From Phoronis australis (lineage: Eukaryota > Animalia > Phoronida), in assembly GCA_002633005.1 (NCBI GenBank), contig NMRA01000050.1, positions 743,820 through 807,819 on the forward strand: a stretch of DNA of 64,000 nucleotides. Direction: 5' to 3'. The position numbers and the translations under genes were made by a program. Below, piece by piece: positions 40,701 to 48,857 of this stretch (position 1 is the stretch's first letter; each line of letters starts with the position of its first letter). The notes below the pieces were generated by a model that was given only the letters and a program-made list of their open reading frames with translations, was not told the DNA's origin and searched no databases.

Positions 40701-43700
40701 ACTCAGATTTCAGTGCCTGTTAAAATACAGGGCACTGAGGTAGAAATGCAGTTAGACACTGGATGTGCACTCTCCATTGCTCCCAGAGCGTTCTACGATA
40801 AATACTGCAAACACTACCCATTGGTTTCTACTGACAAAGTGATGTCAACATTCACTGGAGAGAGAGTGCTACCCATAGGGAAATGTCTGATTGACTTGGA
40901 GTATAATGATTCTACATACTCCCTCCCACTGATAGTAGTGAATGATGGTGCTTGTGCCCTTTTTGGTCGTAACTGGTTGGAGCACGTAAAACTTGATTGG
41001 AAAACCCTCCCAGGGCTTCATCACATTCGACCAATGACTTCCCAGAGTTCTAAACCTCTTTATTCAGCAGAGGTCACCAGTGTAAACAACCTGTTACACA
41101 AATACCAGGCGCTTTTTGATGGCCAGTTAGGACTTTACAATGGTCCCCCTGTCGAACTTACGGTAACTGAAAAACCTCGATTTCACAAGGCTCGCCCAGT
41201 ACCATATGCCCTTCTGCCTAAAGTTGAGAAAGCCATTGCTAAAATGGAAAGTCAAGGCATAATAGGGAGAGTTCATCACGCCCCATGTGCTGCTCCAATT
41301 GTTCCTGTGGGTAAACGTGACTCACATGACTTACGGATCTGTGGCGATTTCAGTGTCACATACAATGCTTGTGCTCAGATGGTCTCCTATCCAATTCCTA
41401 AAGTAGAAGACCAACATACTGCTCTGAGAGGCTGTACAACTTTCAGTATACTTGACATGTCGCAGGCATATCATCAAATACCTGTCTCAGAAGAGTCGCA
41501 ACAGTGGCTTACAATTAACACCCATGTTGGACTGTTCGCTTACAAACGAGTTCCAAATGGTATACATTCGGGACCCGGAGTGTTCCAGGAAATTATGGAC
41601 ACTGTGCTTGCCGGAATACCCAAGGTGATATGTTACCTGGACGACATTTTGGTTGCCGGACTTGATCAGAAAGATCACCTCGCTACATTATCTCTTGTGT
41701 TCGAGAAACTCCAGTCAGCCGGTTTCAAATTAAACAAAGCCAAGTGTCAGTTCGAGAAAAAGTCAGTGACATACCTAGCTCACCGAATTGATGCTGAAGG
41801 TCTCCACCCGACTGATGACAAACTGAAGGCCATTCAAGATGCCCCTACCCCGAGTGATGTTACTCAGTTGAAGTCGTTCCTAGGACTCATTATGTTCTAC
41901 TCCCGGTTCCTGCCGTTCCACTCCACTGTTCTGGCACCCTTGAATAAGTTGCTTCGAAAGGGCATGCCATGGAGATGGGGCAAGGTTGAACAAGAAGCTT
42001 TTGTTTCGGCGAAAAACCTTTTACTGAACTCTCATACTCTTGTACACTATGATGATACTTTGCCGTTATACTTGTCGTGCAATGCGTCTTCTTATGGCGC
42101 TGGTGCTGTACTCTCGCACCGAATTGATGGCGAAGACCGCCCTGTAGCCTTTGCGTCTTGTTCTCTGACCAAGCCACAGAAAAACTATTCTCAACTCGAC
42201 AAGGAAGCGTTCAGCATTGTTTTTGGATTAAAGCGGTTCCATCAGTTTCTGTGTGGTCGTTCCTTCACTATCATTACTGGTCACAAACCGCTTCTTCAAC
42301 TGCTGGGTGCAACGCGTCCAGTTCCAGTCCAAGCTGCTGCTCGTCTTCAACGTTGGGCTTTGATACTAGCTTCGTATGATTATAAGTTGGAATACCGCCC
42401 AACTACGGCACATGCTGATGCTGATAGTATGTCCAGACTGCCGCTAGCCGAGACCTGGATGCCGAAAAGTGACAACGTCGACTGTTACTTTTTTGATGCT
42501 GATCTTCCTACAAGTGTGACTCATACAGAAGTGAAGAAACACACATCAGTTGATCCTGTACTGTCAAGGGTCTACCGTTACACTATGACTGGTTGGCCTG
42601 GTGTAATAGATGATCCTACTCTGGTACCTTTCAAAAGTAGAAAAGACGAATTGTCGATTGAGCAAGGATGCTTATTGTGGGGTACACGAGTCATCATTCC
42701 TGCTGCTCTACAAAAGACGGTACTCAACGAACTGCATGAGACACACCCAGGTATCACAAGGATGAAAATGCTAGCTCGATCATTTGTATGGTGGCCTAAC
42801 ATGGACTCTCATATAGAACAAACTGTGTCCACTTGTTCACTGTGCCAAACAATGCGTTCGGAACCACCAAACGCCCAAATCCATCCGTGGAATTATCCAA
42901 ATCGTCCATGGTCACGACTCCACATAGACTTTGCTGGTCCTATAAAGGGAATTACTTACCTAGTGGTTGTCGACGCGTACAGCAAGTTTCCAGAAGTTGC
43001 TAAAATGTCAACGACTACTTCTACATCCACCATCAGAGTGCTACGTCAAATCTTCAGTCGTCATGGGCTTCCTGAAGTACTTGTCTCAGACAATGGCCCT
43101 CAATTCACCTCGAGTGATTTTACATTGTTCTGTCAACGAAATGGTATACTCCGTCGCACGTCTGCAGTTTGCAAACCATCGTCAAATGGCCAAGCCGAAA
43201 GAGTTGTGCAAATTCTGAAGTCTGCAATCAAGCAAGCTCATCTTTCAGGAAAAGATGTAGAGGATGTTGTTGCAAAGTCGCTTCTGCACTATCGAATAAC
43301 CCCACATACCACTACAGGAGAGTCACCGTCAATGCTGCTGATGGGAAGAAGACTTCGAACAAGACTCGATTTGATAATGCCTTCCGTACGTGACAAAGTG
43401 AAAAAAGGCCAAGGAAGACATCATGGCGCGTACAGCCAAACGTGGTTGTCGTCAATTCCATTGTGGTGACCATGTTCAAGTTCGAAACTACGGTCAAGGT
43501 GAAAAATGGAAACCAGGAGTGATTACTGGAACCGTGGGAAACAGACACTACTCTGTTGATGTAGACGGACAATCTTGGAAACGTCACATAGATCAGATTA
43601 TCAAATGTGATGTGGAACCTGTCGAATCACCGGTTACTGAATTTTCTCCAGTCCTACCTGGTCCAGTTTTCCCTACTCATGATAGCTCCATGAAACAACC

Positions 43701-46043
43701 GACACCAACTCCTACCGTGGAGACTGTGCCTCAAACCGTGCCAAAAACTGAGGATGATCCACAATCCGAGAGACGCTATCCTGCAAGAGAGAACCGGAAA
43801 AGTCCCCAGTTTCTCAAGGACTTTGTGTGTTGATGTTTACATTTATAGTTATAAAGGACTGTAGTTAGAACCTTCTTAACGGGGGAAGATGTCATATCCT
43901 CATTAGTTTATTAGTTAATTTCTCCGATTTGCCTGTAACCCGATTTTAGATTCAAAGATTAAAGTACGCATGCGCAACGTAGAGTGTGCGTCTTCCGGTA
44001 CAAAAATGTGCTCGTTTTATTCTTAACGTTCTGTGCTTTAACGCTGCTAAACAACGCAACACATAACAATTGGCAAAACAACTTTTGTTAGTCACTAACT
44101 GTTAATGACTACGGATGCCGTGTATCATTGTTGTCATTGCTTGTTGTGTTTTTTATTCTCATTTACTCATCATGTTGTTAATTTATTTCCTTATTGGCGG
44201 TAGTATATCTTTCGCCGCTGTAATTTGGTCTCTTTCAGGAAGCTGGTTTATTCCAGTTGTTACACACATGTGGCATTTGCGTAGATGCTATTGTTACGTA
44301 TTAGCCTACACTGTATTGTTACGTAGTTTTGGTGACCGGTGTTTCTTAAGTTTAGCGGCATTCGTTGAAAAATCTGTATAGAGAATCAGATATTTTCTCG
44401 GATGCTGGAATTTTTGGTAGATTGAGCACAGACTTTTCGGCCACACTGTTGTGAGTCCTTACTGAGTATTTCATCATAGCATGTTGTATCTCACGTGTGT
44501 CTAACTAGTTGAGTTTAGATCGTATAGAATTGTTGTTTAATGAATAGTTATAGTTTCATTCGGTTGCTATTTAGGCGTATGTGTTGTGCGGTACCCAGTT
44601 CATGGGATGAATAGTTACAGGTCGCAGTTAGTAGGCAGCTCGTTGTTTTCGTATGGTAATGGTTACCAGTTGCTGAATAGGTATACCTGTAGTACGGGTA
44701 CCAGTGAATTGTTTACCATTAATGTAGCTAATATTTGTTAGGTCTGTAGAGTCATTGTCTCGGGCCTTTCTAGCGCTCTGCTTGCCGAATACTCAGAGTG
44801 TGCTTTTGTTTTTCTTACGGATAACCGCTTGTTCAGGATCACTTTCAATAGCTTGTGATTTTGTTTGTAGCTGCATGCATCGCTTGCGAACGTTTGTTCG
44901 AATCGCGCTACCAAATAAAGCGTGCTATGCAAACTGCATTCTCCTATTCATCCATGTAGCCAGTCGCGGACACAATGATTATTAATGACATTCATTTCTG
45001 AAAATGCATATGTTTGGGGAAGTTGCTATTATCTCCCGATTCTTCACAAAATGACGGCCCCGTCTTAAGATTTACCAAAAACCTACAAACCTGCTACAAA
45101 ATGCGAAATCTTGGGTGTTTTTGTTCATGTTTAAGCCGACAAAACTGAATGCGTCAATGGATTATGACGCGTGTGTCATGCCACGTCATCTGCCACGTAG
45201 GACATCACAACGCCGATGTTTGCGAGGTCACGTGTTTGTAAACACGGCATCGGAACACGTCAACGGTAACACATGTAAATTTGGTTCCTACGGTAAGATC
45301 AGAGCATCGCTTTTAGCCCACTAATGCCATAAATTGCCAAATGTAACGAACTGTTAGGCTTGCTTTTATCTACGTCGCCACGAGAATCACCTTTTAAGTC
45401 AAACAGCTGCGAATAACACCCGCACGCAGTGGCGTTCTATTCAGACCCCTATTCAATACTAACAACCTTTTGTTGTTTGTGCTGGGATCTCGCAGTGACG
45501 CAACATGGCACGAAAAGGTAGCTTCATTTGTCATTTGACGGGCTTACACTTGCGGAATTGAACTCGCGTTTGATAAGACTATCTGGTTAACCTAATACAT
45601 TATGTTCCGTGGCAAATAAAACAAAGAAGAAAATGTAACATAGGGAATAAAATAAGATCGAAGTCATTGATAATCTTAAAGATGCTTTCAGTACTCACAG
45701 AAGACTTCAGTCGTGATATTTCTTTCCTTCCAAATTGTTAAATTTCCGGTATTGTGCACGCGACACGTCAACTGAACACCATTATGTCGGGGCTGTGGGC
45801 TAAACGTAAACTTTCTAGAGAACTGATATCCACCGAAGGCCTGTTCTGAAGCGTCCATGAAAGGTAAAGTTTGCCTAACCCAAAGGTCTCCAGGGTATGT
45901 CCATTTCATGGACGCATTTGGGTACACGTAATCTGTTACGCAGCTGAGTGAGTATGTCACGCCGGCCACTACGGAAAACGTTGATGCCACCAGCGTTCCT
46001 TTGACGTCGCTAGAGTCAAGAATGGTGAGCTTTGCTGGGCCCT
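3564..46043 (-). CDS. 5'-partial spliced gene: multi-Ig (>=8 C2-type) + TSP1 + TM + long cytoplasmic tail receptor (nephrin/hemicentin/sidestep-like IgSF architecture), ~1,337 aa in window
   Basis: Exons 46043-45699, 38771-38439, 31927-31592, 24915-24580, 23542-23216, 22497-22373, 18598-18391, 15171-14836, 9875-9564, 7415-7242, 4747-3564 all have AG/GT boundaries and compatible phases. Junction codons are W,F,V,F,F,(phase 0),F,I,F,D with no stops. No ATG/signal exon was found upstream in the window. Confidence 0.8.
4880..5600 (-). pseudogene. Decayed C-type lectin-like module in the last intron
   Basis: Fragments across shifted frames with stops: FCPS..., MNWSLA/IQYC, RPHWLAAG...GDW, NPWLQTYP, NCF...KFV. 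Confidence 0.4.
7242..7415 (-). CDS. Thrombospondin type-1 (TSP1) repeat exon
   Basis: [42 protein letters not shown]...C...CP; ttcag| acceptor, G|gtaggt donor; 174 nt, phase 1-1. Confidence 0.93.
7950..9080. repeat. Degenerate ~150-bp tandem array (~7 units) preceded by a GTCC/GTCT microsatellite; Helentron/HINE-like layout
   Basis: GAAGAG(T/C)GTTT(C)CGGATGATATCT core recurs at ~8057, 8222, 8351, 8511, 8657, 8820, 8963. Confidence 0.6.
9564..9875 (-). CDS. Ig C2-type domain exon (membrane-proximal)
   Basis: GPKSVSL...YQFKCTTDTVYPNAKFKW...FVACTAWN; tgcag| and T|gtaagt; 312 nt. Confidence 0.9.
12055..12310. repeat. MITE-like interspersed repeat; inverted copy at 18995-19210, partial copy at ~6300-6368
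   Basis: Shared CATGCGCGCACCC...GGGGGCTCG ends and internal AGGCGGACCTTTTT.ACCCACTTTGCCAAAT. Confidence 0.75.
13433..14680 (-). mobile_element. Degenerate mariner (Tc1/mariner) DNA transposon, ~1.25 kb
   Basis: TA-flanked imperfect TIRs (TACGAAGGTCAT...TTTCTCGGCCTCACC / GGTGACGCCGAGAACTTATGGAACAACTCTCGTA); transposase relics RAVIKYL, LLFQDN, YSPDLTPSYFYLFPHLK, GIAKLEHRWQKCI in broken frames. Confidence 0.92.
14836..15171 (-). CDS. Ig-like domain exon (atypical, F-strand Cys replaced by Leu)
   Basis: GPTLLRC...VNVLCSTSVVRP...YKHELKFTASREIHGDKVVLEAVN; ttctag| and A|gtaagt; 336 nt. Confidence 0.85.
15900..18200 (+). mobile_element. Degenerate CR1/L2-group LINE fragments (APE endonuclease ~16.1-16.7 kb, RT start ~17.85-18.2 kb)
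   Basis: QLCGDFNART, IRILIGRCGSDK, KAAGNDSI, PDNYRRITLL relics. Confidence 0.7.
18391..18598 (-). CDS. Second half of split Ig domain (C to G strands)
   Basis: cag|GTA: VTVDWVLPPG...FTKLVSFNISQPFDRTDWACKAQN...LQVFVA then T|gtaagt; 208 nt, phase 0-1; not in the ORF track. Confidence 0.85.
18680..18810. repeat. ~30-bp palindromic tandem units (GGATCTCGAGATCC core)
   Basis: 4-5 units visible directly. Confidence 0.7.
18995..19210. repeat. Inverted copy of the 12.1 kb MITE-like repeat
   Basis: Reverse-complement similarity to 12100-12310. Confidence 0.75.
19223..19250. repeat. (GT)14 microsatellite
   Basis: Direct. Confidence 0.95.
20213..21671 (+). mobile_element. Kolobok-type DNA transposon remnant with THAP domain (+) and KolX-like relic (-)
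   Basis: TTAA on both sides; TIR AGGAGAA(A/T)GCCA; THAP relic CIVPSC...VSFFRL...RKWL...RVFGRHF at ~20380-20575; minus-strand RTVAYR...YHG...VCLV relic at ~21240-21360. Confidence 0.75.
22373..22497 (-). CDS. First half of split Ig domain (A to B strands)
   Basis: ttccag|TT GGA CCA: GPDDILFKVTGALSKLTRNTLILSSGSFYTLACSTSSSNPW then |gtaatg; 125 nt, phase 1-0. 125+208 = 333 nt, the same size as the unsplit Ig exons. Confidence 0.82.
23216..23542 (-). CDS. Ig C2-type domain exon
   Basis: GPKALSIL...ISLNCTTDSVHPSVLLDW...MNRHQLTCTAVN; tttag| and T|gtacgc; 327 nt. Confidence 0.88.
24580..24915 (-). CDS. Ig C2-type domain exon
   Basis: GPKDISY...YTVVCATDSIYP...YNKKELVCEARN; tttag| and T|gtgagt; 336 nt. 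Confidence 0.9.
28263..28463 (-). pseudogene. Internally deleted Ig pseudo-exon, copy 1 (probably an allelic duplicate of copy 2)
   Basis: GPTNLTFVDVGNVKRTLVATFGSFHFSRNLTFRPLPRQNGRVLKCRGYN; B-strand Cys and C-strand Trp missing; acceptor reads TG|AG rather than AG|AG. Confidence 0.6.
28764..28964 (-). pseudogene. Internally deleted Ig pseudo-exon, copy 2
   Basis: Paralog of the 45.7 kb and 38.4 kb exons; 201 nt versus 345 nt; donor T|gtgaat intact, phase-1 acceptor lost. Confidence 0.7.
29870..30310. repeat. Degenerate short repeats (TCTGACATAAAT / ATGTCAGAC) in both orientations, MITE-like
   Basis: The motif recurs about 10 times. Confidence 0.55.
30680..31150 (+). mobile_element. Penelope-like element remnant (GIY-YIG endonuclease C-terminus, pseudo-LTR duplication)
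   Basis: IYHLKC...YIEKTKRP..TRFKGH...AVGEH...GH...ILAKEQNWHTRKLKE...LNQDRG; ~40-bp direct repeat ACCATTCTT(T/A)ACGAGCGAAAGG(A/C)GGGAAATCCCTCATTCA at 30680 and 31051. Confidence 0.82.
31592..31927 (-). CDS. Ig C2-type domain exon
   Basis: SPKNLTF...LPGNVTCFTDNAFGNVSLRW...FRQSISFKPDRTLNKAILPCISAN; cgcag| and G|gtatgt; 336 nt. Confidence 0.88.
32330..32760 (-). pseudogene. Decayed C-type lectin-like module in an intron
   Basis: FCPP/FVNKLLDQLCLNMT/SWECADTSCFSRELIAL...ALWLGCTSRLPDGF*...RCATISRLLHRLDCSFGRDI/CQ, with frameshifts and stops. Confidence 0.5.
34560..38000 (+). mobile_element. Degenerate CR1/L2-group LINE, interrupted at ~35.4-36.1 kb
   Basis: KNGDQSNPGNY...LLNVICKTFTTVLNRRL, FIDFSKA, GVRQGC, LFSLYIN, LLFSDDV, FKYFGIVF in broken frames. 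Confidence 0.85.
35709..35880. repeat. ~63-bp tandem repeat, ~2.6 copies, inside a probable minus-strand LTR relic
   Basis: TGA(T/C)GCAACAC(C/T)TGCAGGCAGTATCTT recurs at ~35710, 35774, 35837; CTGTCGCAA-GTGTT PBS/LTR-like junction at ~35972. Confidence 0.65.
38439..38771 (-). CDS. Ig C2-type domain exon
   Basis: GPTSLTV...YSLTCVTDHVYPNASMTW...PRHNGGQLTCRAYN; ttttaag| and T|gtgagt; 333 nt. Confidence 0.9.
39579..39757 (+). repeat. 5' LTR
   Basis: TGTCATATCC...CATAACA, repeated at 43890-44068. Confidence 0.97.
39783..43469 (+). CDS. Gag-Pol polyprotein (2x CCHC, protease LDTG, RT YLDD, RNase H, integrase HHCC + DDE); C-terminus continues by frameshift to 43833
   Basis: 1228-aa ORF with CYSCGKTDH...C, CTKCNRQGH...C, MQLDTGC, YLDDILV, HIDFAGP, VSDNGPQF, SNGQAER; ORF 43423..43833 carries the integrase C-terminal region. 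Confidence 0.95.
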   Translation: MPIGALEPYDCSESLCAYLERLNEYFLANDIGQPDAGANAAATAAANRKKVASLLTLIGKKAYNVLQDLCKPDLPKDKTFKELCDMLKLHFEPRKLEVAETFKFHRCIQGDNETVSEYCARLRGMAADCNFGNYLHRALRDQFISGIRNKDTQRKLLEVDRNFDECHQVATADEAATRESKNFLASAMNNTQSVNMIKGKSKPKPHFSGSTTTAKSKVSAPSKTHSNAQFSKRATSAKSYRCYSCGKTDHVRAQCRFRDAVCTKCNRQGHISPACRSHHVNLFSAEDNSEASHDELYTIHEMNSLSTQISVPVKIQGTEVEMQLDTGCALSIAPRAFYDKYCKHYPLVSTDKVMSTFTGERVLPIGKCLIDLEYNDSTYSLPLIVVNDGACALFGRNWLEHVKLDWKTLPGLHHIRPMTSQSSKPLYSAEVTSVNNLLHKYQALFDGQLGLYNGPPVELTVTEKPRFHKARPVPYALLPKVEKAIAKMESQGIIGRVHHAPCAAPIVPVGKRDSHDLRICGDFSVTYNACAQMVSYPIPKVEDQHTALRGCTTFSILDMSQAYHQIPVSEESQQWLTINTHVGLFAYKRVPNGIHSGPGVFQEIMDTVLAGIPKVICYLDDILVAGLDQKDHLATLSLVFEKLQSAGFKLNKAKCQFEKKSVTYLAHRIDAEGLHPTDDKLKAIQDAPTPSDVTQLKSFLGLIMFYSRFLPFHSTVLAPLNKLLRKGMPWRWGKVEQEAFVSAKNLLLNSHTLVHYDDTLPLYLSCNASSYGAGAVLSHRIDGEDRPVAFASCSLTKPQKNYSQLDKEAFSIVFGLKRFHQFLCGRSFTIITGHKPLLQLLGATRPVPVQAAARLQRWALILASYDYKLEYRPTTAHADADSMSRLPLAETWMPKSDNVDCYFFDADLPTSVTHTEVKKHTSVDPVLSRVYRYTMTGWPGVIDDPTLVPFKSRKDELSIEQGCLLWGTRVIIPAALQKTVLNELHETHPGITRMKMLARSFVWWPNMDSHIEQTVSTCSLCQTMRSEPPNAQIHPWNYPNRPWSRLHIDFAGPIKGITYLVVVDAYSKFPEVAKMSTTTSTSTIRVLRQIFSRHGLPEVLVSDNGPQFTSSDFTLFCQRNGILRRTSAVCKPSSNGQAERVVQILKSAIKQAHLSGKDVEDVVAKSLLHYRITPHTTTGESPSMLLMGRRLRTRLDLIMPSVRDKVKKGQGRHHGAYSQTWLSSIPLW
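43890..44068 (+). repeat. 3' LTR
   Basis: Identical to the 5' LTR except for one C>T change (GCTTCAA vs GCTTTAA). Confidence 0.97.
45699..46043 (-). CDS. Ig C2-type domain exon (most 5' exon found)
   Basis: GPAKLTI...YSLSCVTDYVYPNASMKW...PRHNGVQLTCRVHN; ataag| and T|gtgagt; 345 nt. Confidence 0.88.
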
Positions 46044-46499
46044 CTTATGAAACAATTATGACAAAACAAAACAATAACCACAACGTCGATATTGATAAAG
46101 CAATTGGTAGCAACGCGTTGGAACGTACACGTACGGTGTAGCCCAACAATTGTTAATCCGAGATTAAAGTGTTTGTATTTTCCCTTTCGCCCTACACTCA
46201 GCTGTCTTGGAGTGTATATGGGCTGGTCGAAGGGCAAGATATTTCACTTTCTACATTTTCTGCCAGTCGCGAGAAGGGAATCATACTTAAATTTTAATTC
46301 ATGCCTGTACACACTTTGCCACCCAACCATTTGCAGTCAGCACAGCGCTATTGTAGCTTATCTACACTATTACTATTACAACGTAATTTTGGAGCCCGTT
46401 CCATGAATACTGATTTAGCTAAGTTGAAACAAATGTATAACTTTATGTGTCATTCCAATGGGAAGCAGTAGATTTATGTTGAGAGTATGAAAGCTTCAA

Positions 46500-48800
46500 A
46501 TAACATGTCCAGTATATATTATACGACGATGGCTGGAGAAAGAACGCGCTAAGGTGCGTTGTGGTTAGCTCGGACTACGGTTGGGTCAACAAGGCCATGA
46601 AATATATAAAACGCCGACGTTTGCCCAGGGAAAGAAAGTGACCCCGATGCTCTTTTAAATAAAATTGAGCAATGTGTACGATTCAAAAAGAACAAACGAA
46701 TCGGCGGCTACATGTTATCTCTAAGAAAGCAGTTCCCTGAAGAAACACTAAACAACTTCGTGAAAGATTTGAGACTCTTGATAATGGATTGTGATTATGA
46801 AAATACGGGTGATATATAGGTGGATGCTATAATCGTCAGGGTAACCTCTCCGAAAGTTCAATAGCTACTGTAAGAAAAAGGTTAAGTACTGACTCATGAT
46901 CCAGCGACTGACATTGAACGCTAGCTCGATGCAACTCAGTCTCAATTAAAATTAACCACAGAGGTAGTACCACCGAAATTCAAGCGTAACCCAGCGCAAG
47001 GCAAACAGTGGCATCAAACAAAACCCCACCTCAGCGTTATATGCCGTCGAACACTAACCCACCTCATGTAGGAAACCAGTCAAGACACAATCATAGCGCA
47101 TGCACAATCAAAGGAAACTAATTATGTAAAATGGGACGTTTCCCAAGTTTCTGCTCTATTCGTTAGCAGGTGCACGATGTGACGACGTCCTCAAGCAATC
47201 AGAATCAGACTCATTAGTTTTTTTGTAGAGCTATGAAGTTTGATGGTCAAGCACCGATTAAATCGTTCGAAGTGGCTGCTACAACTGTGCGCAAAGGCTT
47301 AACAGTACAAGTGAAACTTGTCTTACGGAGCGACTAGAATAGTATGCCTCAGTCTGTATATAAGAAAACAGTGACCCCTAGCGCACATACAGCAATCCAA
47401 GTGCGTATTACATGTAGTTGTAAAAGTGAAACTTTGCTCAAGTTGCTGGATTCATGCATTCTATTTGTTCTACATGTACTTAACCCTAATTACGAGGCAA
47501 GTCGTCAAATGTGACTTACCCTAACTATGGGGATACCTAACGTGCATTGAGCATAAGCTGCTCGTGATCACCTGTAACAATTGTTAAAATATTATGTCAA
47601 AATCCGATGTCCTACGAGAATACAAAACTGTTAGGTGGCACTCGGAAATTCCCTGTTGAGCCGTATCGCATAACAATACGCAAAAACAGCGTGCTGGTGT
47701 AAATCCTCCCGGTGGCATACAATGTACCTGTACACCAACAGCCCAAATGCCAGATGTTTTAGGAAGTGTCGCGAAAAAATTGCCAAGCTCAATCCAGACA
47801 AGCTGTAGATAAAAGGTCCCGTTGTCAAATTCTTTGGACATGTGGGGTCTGCAGACTGTGTTACGCCAGACCAAGGCAATCACAGAGATGAAATCATTCG
47901 TCAGTCACCGAACTATTGAGAACAGTCGTTAGTTTAAAACGTATCGAAGGAAAGCAAAATGGACAACAACCAAGCTGTTAAAAGAAATAGTGATCAATGG
48001 TATAGGTATTAACCGGGTAGTCGATGTCACAAAGTGATTCGAGAATCTCAAATCACCGAAATCATAAACATGTTCGAACAATGTTAGAACAACTACTGAC
48101 TGATCGTCTCTGACAGCTCCTATCACAAGTTCCACATTTGCAACCAAATGATGCTAGCCTGTACCTCTACGGTTTAGTGAATGAGGCTGACCACTGGTCT
48201 TTCAAACCCAAACAGGCACTAACTTTGGAACCCTTCAGCCTCTGTCTTTCATGTCACAATAAACAACAACATTTCATCAGTTGCGCGGGGTACTCAATAC
48301 CGTTGTGCCCCGATCTTTTGCAGGGAATAATAACACTGTTCTACAGTAACACACCGTGCACTGCTTAGGTGTGTCCGCTAACAAAAACATCAATATTAAA
48401 CAGTCGGAAACGTAACGAGCAGGCACGTGAAGCTGCGGAATTGGATAAGCAAATGTGATCTAAAATACACACTTAGTGGTCGAGAAAAAACCCCATCAGA
48501 GAACAACGTGACCAAGCAAATTCTTATTTCACACGTAGAACTACTCTCAGCAGAATATTGAATACGCGATACCCATTGACGTAGTATTCGAAACTACAGT
48601 CCAAATTGTCTCAGAGTTCCACCTCAACCCAGATCCTTGCAAGTGGGTTTTTATGCAACCAGTTACGTAAACGTTTGTCAAAAGAATAACCTGGCCAAAA
48701 CCTTAAACGGGTCTTTGCTGAGTCTCATACCGTTTGGGAAGCTGATCATAGCTAATCAACGGAACAAAGTAGTAAAGAATGCCGAATAAGGTGCACTAAT
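46500..48800 (+). mobile_element. Highly degenerate Ty3/Gypsy remnant (gag and protease relics)
   Basis: RKQFPEETLNNFVKDLRLLIMDCDY...DAIIVRV.SPKVQ*LL gag motif at ~46725-46870; protease-like VKL...MPQSVYK at ~47310-47365. Confidence 0.65.
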
Positions 48801-48857
48801 CGGTATGAATCAGACCCCGAACGGACTGGCAAGATATATTTCTACTCAAAAAGATAA

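Larger units (their letters stand above)
39579..44068 (+). mobile_element. Full-length young Ty3/Gypsy LTR retrotransposon (Mag-like), 4,490 bp
   Basis: 179-bp LTRs TG...CA differing at 1 position; 5-bp TSD ATTGG (39574-39578 and 44069-44073); PBS TGGCGACGAGG at 39759; PPT GGGGGAAGA before 43890. Confidence 0.97.

Noticed and set aside
44115-44381. Hydrophobic 88-aa + strand ORF after the 3' LTR (env-like?)
   Set aside because: It lies outside the TSD-bounded element, and T-rich composition explains the hydrophobicity.
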